A model generated the notes under the pieces. It was not told the DNA's origin. It saw only the letters and a list, made by a program, of their open reading frames with translations, and made no database searches. Both the position numbers and the translations under genes were made by a program. A stretch of DNA of 32,000 nt from Corynebacterium glutamicum ATCC 13032 (GTDB lineage: Bacteria > Actinomycetota > Actinomycetes > Mycobacteriales > Mycobacteriaceae), in contig NC_003450.3 of the NCBI RefSeq assembly GCF_000011325.1, forward strand, positions 1,380,001 through 1,412,000, written 5' to 3'. The stretch's first letter is position 1. Each line of letters begins with the position of its first letter. Below are positions 26,842 through 32,000 of this stretch, piece after piece.

Positions 26842-27125
26842 AGAGTAGACACAGGGGATTTAATCAGGAAGCAGATTTCAGGATAGCAGGACCACGCTCC
26901 TCAAACACCGCAGGCGCAAGATATTTACACCAGCAATCTCGGCGCACCGTGTTATAGCGGGTACACTAGCGGAAAACATCCCGGCGGCAGATCAACTAGT
27001 TCGCAAAAGTCTTAGAATCTTGGAGGACTTCCCGCCTGAGTGCGGCGTTGAACGACTCCGCTAACGCGTTGTCAGCACTGGTGCCAATTGATCCCAATGA
27101 CTGCCTCATTCCGAGGCTGTCTATA
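26842..27125 (-). pseudogene. IS transposase 3'-end remnant (rve/IS3-family-like), copy 2, with in-frame stops
   Basis: The minus-strand translation is GSIGTSADNALAESFNAALRREVLQDSKTFAN*LICRRDVFR*CTRYNTVRRDCWCKYLAPAVFEE. It is about 85 percent identical by eye to copy 1 over about 130 nt (26846-26990 vs 24634-24790), in the same orientation. Confidence 0.75.
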
Positions 27126-27163
27126 TAATATTTGTAGGGTTATATTTGTTGTCTATTTCCCTT

Positions 27164-27535
27164 CTAAAACAGCACCTGTTCGAAAGCGTCGACGCGACTG
27201 GGGAAAGCATCAACGCTTACGTCTCGGTCATCCATGATCAAGAGTTCAGCAGCTTCTTCAAATTTCTCTATGTCATTTAGAATGACCACAGTGTAAACAT
27301 CGCACAGTATATGGTTTTCTGGATATTTACCGTTATGCTCCATCTGATATTGGTCGGAAAGTGACTCCCATCCATAAGCTTTTTCAGCCTGCTGAAGGTT
27401 TTTAGAAACTGAAATTACATCAACACCGTCCAGAGCCAATAGATTCTGAACTCGTTCGCGATATCTGCTGTAAGCGTTACTTTCATTGCCGTTTTCTACA
27501 ATAAATTGAGTTAGAAAAACATAAGTCTTTCGCAT
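27164..27535 (-). CDS. Hypothetical acidic cytosolic protein (123 aa)
   Basis: An ORF 20 nt downstream of the small secreted-protein gene, on the same strand. No signal peptide and no recognised motif. Confidence 0.6.
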   Translation of the reverse strand: MRKTYVFLTQFIVENGNESNAYSRYRERVQNLLALDGVDVISVSKNLQQAEKAYGWESLSDQYQMEHNGKYPENHILCDVYTVVILNDIEKFEEAAELLIMDDRDVSVDAFPSRVDAFEQVLF

Positions 27536-27555
27536 GAGTTGATTCGCCTAGTCCT

Positions 27556-27861
27556 TTAACTTCGGTTAAGACCTTCAAACGGAAAGCGGTCAATAGGTAC
27601 CGGAAGGCAATGGCGTTTAGTATGACCAAATGGGACGAAGGTATTGGCCCTTTTTTCAGCCTCAACCTTAGAATAGGCATGACCAACTACGACCCAACCG
27701 TCATAGTTGTTCAAGCTTGGAACCGACCAAATTTTGTGGACATTGCACTTTACTGCAATTCGATCCATGGCTTGAGGCGCGATTATTTCATTCGCCTGAA
27801 TAGTAGGGGTGATTGCAAGTGATAATGCTATTGCAATACCAATCGAAGCTAGTTTCCTCAT
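27556..27861 (-). CDS. Small secreted protein (about 75 aa mature, 2 Cys)
   Basis: Signal peptide MRKLASIGIAIALSLAITPTIQA-NE. ATG 27861 is the only ATG. The track start at 27873 is a TTG. Confidence 0.65.
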   Translation of the reverse strand: MRKLASIGIAIALSLAITPTIQANEIIAPQAMDRIAVKCNVHKIWSVPSLNNYDGWVVVGHAYSKVEAEKRANTFVPFGHTKRHCLPVPIDRFPFEGLNRS

Positions 27862-28249
27862 GTCACATTCCAATCGGTGTGGTGAGTGTGTGGAGTTGGC
27901 AAGTTGCGGAACGATCTTGCCTGATTTCTACTGTTGCATATATTTTCGCGAAATGAGCCTTAACCTATAAAATCCCCTAATTGTTATAGGAATGATATTG
28001 TTTTATTTTGTTTTGGCATTGTTTCGTCTTATTAATCCATGCTTGCAATTGGTTAGATTCGGGTCGTGGCTAACCTAAGTGAGGTTGTGTAGATTTACTG
28101 GGTTATTCAATAATGAGTGTTTGGTGGTTGAGTGGCTTATCCCTTAATAATTCTCCTTGCAGCCTATAAGCGTTAGGCTTTACCTACACACCCGGAACAC
28201 CCTTACACCAGCGCGAGCTACAGAAGATTCACAGATTGGGAGCCCTTCG

Positions 28250-28453
28250 ATGAGATTCTATGTGACCAATAGGGACACCGATCCTCCCATGGGATCGAGG
28301 GGAACCTGGGTTAATCTACTCCGGGACAATTGGGATGACTATGGGTTCAAAACTTCTTTTCATGTAAAACTATATCGGGACAATGGCGAGACAATACAGC
28401 TCGGAATGGTGAAGATCCTGCGTGCCGGACAAATTGAGTTTTTACTGACCTAG
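28250..28453 (+). pseudogene. Truncated N-terminal gene fragment (MRFYVTNRD...NWDDYGFKTSFHVKLY...)
   Basis: The ORF stops after 67 aa counted from ATG 28250. The next 250 nt show only broken frames. It probably represents the 5' remnant of a larger gene. Confidence 0.4.
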
Positions 28454-28699
28454 GGGACCGACTGAGGAAGTCGCACAGTGCCTTTTGTCATGCAGGGCGC
28501 TGAAGAATAAATTTGTTTACAATTTTAGTGTAGGAAATGCGCGCGAACAGCGTCGAAGGTATGCTCATTTACGTATCCTTGCCCTCGTAGCCATCCCCCG
28601 AGCGCTATGCCTGAGGCAGGGGCACGTCTGGTTTCTGCTCAAGAATTTTTCGTAGCATTCCATAGTTGCGTCAGATGGAAGCTGGCGTTGCTGAGTTAG

Positions 28700-29802
28700 T
28701 CAGTCGAAGGGGAAAGGTTCAATCGTCCAGTTTGATGTGGAGATATTACCGTCATATGGAATCCAGCGTTCATCATCCCACGGTGCAGCTGAAGGGGGTT
28801 CCGGGCTGTCCCATCTCCACTGCTGCCAGTCAATAGGTAGTCCCGATCCCAAGCGTCGTGAACCTGCAGCTAGATGATGCCCTGAGGGAGTGCTATAGGA
28901 CCACCAGTAGGAAGTCGAATCGGCTGCTCCCCGGGTAAAATTGCTGCGACTTAGGTTCCGTTGTTCTATGAATTCGAAAGCCTTTTTCTGCCATGCGTCC
29001 GGTTGTGAAGTCGGAAAAATCACTTGGGAATGGATGAAACTGTCGAGGTCCGCAGCCAGAAAGTAGAGTTGGTCAAGGTGCCTATCGTCTCTTAGGCGTC
29101 CTTCTTCGTTAGTTCCGGTTAGTTTCGAGACTTCGAGCTCATGCTTTCTGCGATGTCGCTTGGCTACTTGTGCTGCGCGTTCCTCAAGATATTCGACGAG
29201 GGCGCCGAGAAGGACGAGCGTTTTCGTCGAATTGGTCTGCGTACCGAAAGAGAGGTCACGTCCGTGAGCCGCGCCGTGTCTTGAGAGCTTGCCGTAAAAC
29301 CCGGTGGCGTTGATGGCCTCTTTGAACAGGTCGCGAACAATCGGCAGATTCGAAGCTATACCTGCGAGAGTCGAATCGTCCAGATATGGGTCATTAGACG
29401 AATTAGAGAAGAATGTTGCTCCGGTTATATCTCGGGTAAGCCCATCGATTTGGGAAAAGTCAGAAGGATAGCGGCTGCGTAATTACCATTCTCATGACAC
29501 TTCACTGCCTGGTCGATGAGATTTCCTCGTTGAAATTGAAGTCGCTGAAAGCTGTAATCAATACCTCGGCCATAACGCCGAAGTGGAATGGCTACATGGT
29601 GAAGAAAGGATTCACTGGTATTGTTCCACTGTTGTGTAACAAGGGCATCGATCTCCGCGCTGTCAGTACCACGGCGAGCAAGCTCCACAATCTGCTCAGT
29701 GCCGCGCCGATGCCACAGCCCGTATGACGCCCATCCAAGAGGTGCAAGGATTTCTACTGCAGGTCCGATGAGGTTGTCTCGGTTTAGTGCAAAGTATTTC
29801 AT
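28700..29802 (-). pseudogene. Frameshifted gene (about 367 aa if repaired) with an Rx4H (HEPN-like) motif
   Basis: ORFs 29425-29802 and 28700-29023 are joined by an open frame running from 29482 down to 28700. One missing nucleotide, probably in the C-run (ggg at 29452-29454 on the plus strand), restores ...AAAILLTFPQIDGLTRDITG.... The repaired product contains KLSRHGAAHGRDLSFG. Confidence 0.6.
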
Positions 29803-30022
29803 TTACTCATCCTCCCAGTTTTGACCAAAGTGTGCACCTACTGGTGCCACTGGAAGAGCGCCGGAGAGGAAGGGCTAAGTGGCTATCCGATGCTACTGTG
29901 TACTATCACCCACAAAATATCAAGGATCTTGTTGCACTGGCATAATGCGACGGGGTATGGCTGCACCCAAGGATTAACGAGATCGCCCATGGTTAGCAAC
30001 CATGATAGAGCCCTCTAATCTT

Positions 30023-30052
30023 GATGATAAACCTCAGGGATTGCTCCTGAGG
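30023..30052 (-). terminator. Hairpin downstream of the protease gene
   Basis: Stem cctcagg (30032-30038) pairs with cctgagg (30046-30052). On the minus strand it is followed by tttatcatc. Confidence 0.45.
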
Positions 30053-30060
30053 CAATTGGA

Positions 30061-31011
30061 TTAGGAACTGAGAGGGGATAAAGAACTCGAAAAAGTTGCC
30101 GAAGGTTGATCCTCAGCGATTCGGTATCGAGATCGAAATCCCTCGAACGCTCGTTGTTCTTCTTCTACAGAAGTACTATTTTCCGAACTCATAATTTGAT
30201 GTATCCATGCAGTGTGGGGCGAAATAGCAGAATGCCACATTTTTTTACCTTCCCCCGGTGAGCAGTCAAAATTGATCGCTCCGGCTGTATGTACTGCATG
30301 AATCGTATTCCCTGCAAAGACTGCTCCTCCGGAATCACCGTTACAGCTTCTAGAATCAGTTAAAGAAACAGTTTCCAGTACATCCAAATAATAGGTACTG
30401 AAACCTACATTGAATTTATCTAAGTGCGCTACTGACTCAACTCTCGCAATTGAAGAAAAATCGTTGCTACCGCCGTACCCAATGAGCGTCAGAACTTTTC
30501 CTATAGCGATCTTTTCTTCGGGGAGATCAAAAGTTTGAGCAGAAATACCTCTCCCCACCTTGATTAAAGCTAAATCATGGTGCTCTGAAATTGTGTAGGT
30601 ATTTTCAACACCTGCGACTTCACCATCGGATTGCTCCAGGTATCCAAGGAAGTCTTTCTCGGAGGTAACGCAGTGCCGTGCGGTTATCCAAAATTTTCCC
30701 TCGATGTGATTAGCAGTACAAGAACGAACAACCTTTTTGGTATCTTCGGCCTCAGGATCGAACTGCCACAGCGCGGCGATTCTATTGTCCACTACAGGAT
30801 GAGTGCTAGTGGCTTCCAGATTAATATTTGAAAGATTAAAAGGAGGATATGCCTCCGGGTTCTGCTGCAATTCGCGGTATTCAGAAATAGTATTCGGCCA
30901 TTTTCCACCACTATCCTGCTCTTTCGTTATCTCTTGCGCATGTACCGGAATGGTGAACGGCATCAGCCCTATCAACAGAGCTCCGACAAAAGAGAAAAAG
31001 CGACTACACAT
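30061..31011 (-). CDS. Secreted trypsin-like (S1 family) serine protease
   Basis: Signal peptide MCSRFFSFVGALLIGLMPFTIPVHA-QE. Catalytic triad contexts are WITARHCV (His), HDLALIKV (Asp) and CNGDSGGAVF (Ser). Confidence 0.88.
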   Translation of the reverse strand: MCSRFFSFVGALLIGLMPFTIPVHAQEITKEQDSGGKWPNTISEYRELQQNPEAYPPFNLSNINLEATSTHPVVDNRIAALWQFDPEAEDTKKVVRSCTANHIEGKFWITARHCVTSEKDFLGYLEQSDGEVAGVENTYTISEHHDLALIKVGRGISAQTFDLPEEKIAIGKVLTLIGYGGSNDFSSIARVESVAHLDKFNVGFSTYYLDVLETVSLTDSRSCNGDSGGAVFAGNTIHAVHTAGAINFDCSPGEGKKMWHSAISPHTAWIHQIMSSENSTSVEEEQRAFEGFRSRYRIAEDQPSATFSSSLSPLSS

Positions 31012-31050
31012 ACAACGTGCTCAATTCGACTACATTATGGGATGAAAACC

Positions 31051-31087
31051 GCCATGACCTCTAGAGGAAAATGTCAGAGGTCATGGC
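31051..31087 (-). terminator. Hairpin between the membrane-protein gene and the protease gene
   Basis: A perfect 12 bp stem, gccatgacctct (31051-31062) with agaggtcatggc (31076-31087). On the minus strand it is followed by ggttttcat. Confidence 0.5.
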
Positions 31088-31115
31088 AGCTAAGGAATGG
31101 ATCTCGCTAGGGGAT

Positions 31116-31424
31116 TTAACCGTTTTGAGGCGGGGAGAGTTCGTCTTTCGTCTTTTCACGCTGAGCCTCAATTTTTCTTTGAAGCTGAACGAAAACTGGC
31201 TGCATCAAGATCGTAAGTATTACTAATGCGATGAGAGAGCCGGTAATTCCTATGGAATCAGACTGTAAAGCTCCAGAGAAAATCACAACCGAGAGCACAA
31301 TGATCGTTGTCACTGCAAGAGCTGTGTACGCTTTCACATTAAGAGTCTGCTTGTTGCCCCGCGCTAGTAACTGGACCCCAAAAAAGAGAACCACCGCTAC
31401 TGCCAGCATGATTACAATTCCCAT
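31116..31424 (-). CDS. Small integral membrane protein (102 aa, about 3 TM helices)
   Basis: Three hydrophobic segments and a charged C-terminal tail. The SD aaggag lies 5 nt upstream. It starts 9 nt after the upstream gene's stop. Confidence 0.7.
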   Translation of the reverse strand: MGIVIMLAVAVVLFFGVQLLARGNKQTLNVKAYTALAVTTIIVLSVVIFSGALQSDSIGITGSLIALVILTILMQPVFVQLQRKIEAQREKTKDELSPPQNG

Positions 31425-31433
31425 TATTTCTCC

Positions 31434-32000
31434 TTAGCAGTTGGCGACAGCGCCAGTGCCATATCCAGCAAGTCCCCCTGCTGCAAGCACAGCAAACCCC
31501 GTGCCACCTGTGGCAACTCCCAAAGCGGCGAGAGCTAGACCAGTTGCCACCACACCTGCTACCCCGCCTGACAAAGCGCCGACTCCGCATCGCCAGTCCT
31601 GTAAATCTGGCACCTCATCTGGATTCATGGTCAACAAAGCAGTATGGGAATCGACTTTCTCGATTGAGAAGCCTGGTTGGGCTTGAAGTTCAGCTGTCAA
31701 ATTCTCCAGAAGAGTGCCCTTATTATCTTTCATTAAGATTTCGCCGTTAACATCTTCGACGACGGCGTTAGAAAGCTTAATAAGTAGTTGGTTTTCTGCC
31801 ACGTAAAGCAGGTCTGCGGTAGCTTCACTGGTGTTTGCTTCTGCGTCTGCTTCTGGAGCCGATGATGAAGAGAATGCAGGTGTAATCGCTTGAAAGCTAG
31901 TTGGAGATTCAGCTGCAGTAGCTACGGATGTGAGAATAGATGCTGAAACGGTAATGCCAGCAATTAAAGCAATAGGACGATAAAACCCGAAGAACTTCAT
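31434..32000 (-). CDS. Secreted protein with C-terminal Cys-bracketed glycine-zipper hydrophobic domain
   Basis: Signal peptide MKFFGFYRPIALIAGITVSASILTSVATA-AE. The C-terminal 54 aa are CGVGALSGGVAGVVATGLALAALGVATGGTGFAVLAAGGLAGYGTGAVANC. The ATG lies exactly at the window edge, so an upstream start cannot be excluded. Confidence 0.7.
   Translation of the reverse strand: MKFFGFYRPIALIAGITVSASILTSVATAAESPTSFQAITPAFSSSSAPEADAEANTSEATADLLYVAENQLLIKLSNAVVEDVNGEILMKDNKGTLLENLTAELQAQPGFSIEKVDSHTALLTMNPDEVPDLQDWRCGVGALSGGVAGVVATGLALAALGVATGGTGFAVLAAGGLAGYGTGAVANC

Larger units (their letters stand above)
20049..32000. mobile_element. Degenerate integrative island / cryptic prophage (CGP1-like); right end lies outside the window
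   Basis: An att-like tRNA fragment lies next to an integrase gene. There is an abrupt shift to AT-richer sequence. The region holds IS remnants, frameshifted and truncated genes, and mostly orphan ORFs. Confidence 0.75.

Noticed and set aside
26413-26957. ORFs 26413-26703 and 26736-26957
   Set aside because: In the first, only the initial roughly 55 aa look protein-like, and the rest is Arg/Ser-rich out-of-frame-type sequence with no SD. It is probably a decayed remnant. The second is antisense to the transposase remnant.
29494-30018. Plus-strand ORFs 29494-29727, 29621-29824 and 29821-30018
   Set aside because: The first two are antisense to the HEPN-like gene. The last is a short ORF in the intergenic region with no SD or motif.
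1-32000. CRISPR arrays, rRNA genes, riboswitches (TPP near thiL, T-box near leuC)
   Set aside because: No regularly spaced direct repeats, no rRNA-like conserved blocks and no recognisable riboswitch cores were seen. thiL starts only about 60 nt from the divergent gene, which leaves no room for a leader.

Overview
The window has two parts.

**Part 1, about 1-20.0 kb: conserved actinobacterial backbone.** By gene order and protein sequences it looks like Corynebacterium glutamicum. This is recognition from memory and was not searched.
- Gene order: ltbR (partial) <> leuC-leuD; a MutT1-like Nudix/histidine-phosphatase fusion; gpsA-ddl; a DUF3515 membrane protein; then thiL-ung-DAK2(YloV-like)-recG-small biotinyl-domain protein-rsmD-coaD.
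- A polar amino-acid ABC transporter follows (ATPase, permease, lipoprotein binding protein), then a DUF1266-like membrane protein and a DUF368 (PopT-type) membrane protein.

**Part 2, from about 20.05 kb to the window end: a visibly more AT-rich, degenerate integrative island or cryptic prophage.** I believe it corresponds to CGP1 of C. glutamicum ATCC 13032.
- It starts at a displaced tRNA 3' fragment next to an N-terminally truncated tyrosine integrase.
- It carries IS transposase remnants, frameshifted or truncated genes and a MepB-like gene.
- Most notably, it holds a series of five tight two-gene modules. In each, the first gene is exported or toxin-like and the second is a small unrelated partner:
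  - a DUF4258 toxin fusion with a DUF2283 partner
  - a secreted DAFRH..HE-motif protein with a lipoprotein
  - a small secreted protein with an acidic cytosolic protein
  - a secreted glycine-zipper protein with a 3-TM protein, next to a secreted trypsin-like protease
  - an orphan coupled pair beside the integrase

**Other observations**
- A second, inverted copy of the tRNA-3'-end att-like sequence lies at 14.66 kb. The two copies bracket the 5.4 kb transporter/DUF1266/DUF368 segment.
- No rRNA gene, intact tRNA gene or CRISPR array was seen.

All coordinates for hairpins and repeats were counted by hand. All family assignments are motif-based recollection and were not searched against any database.
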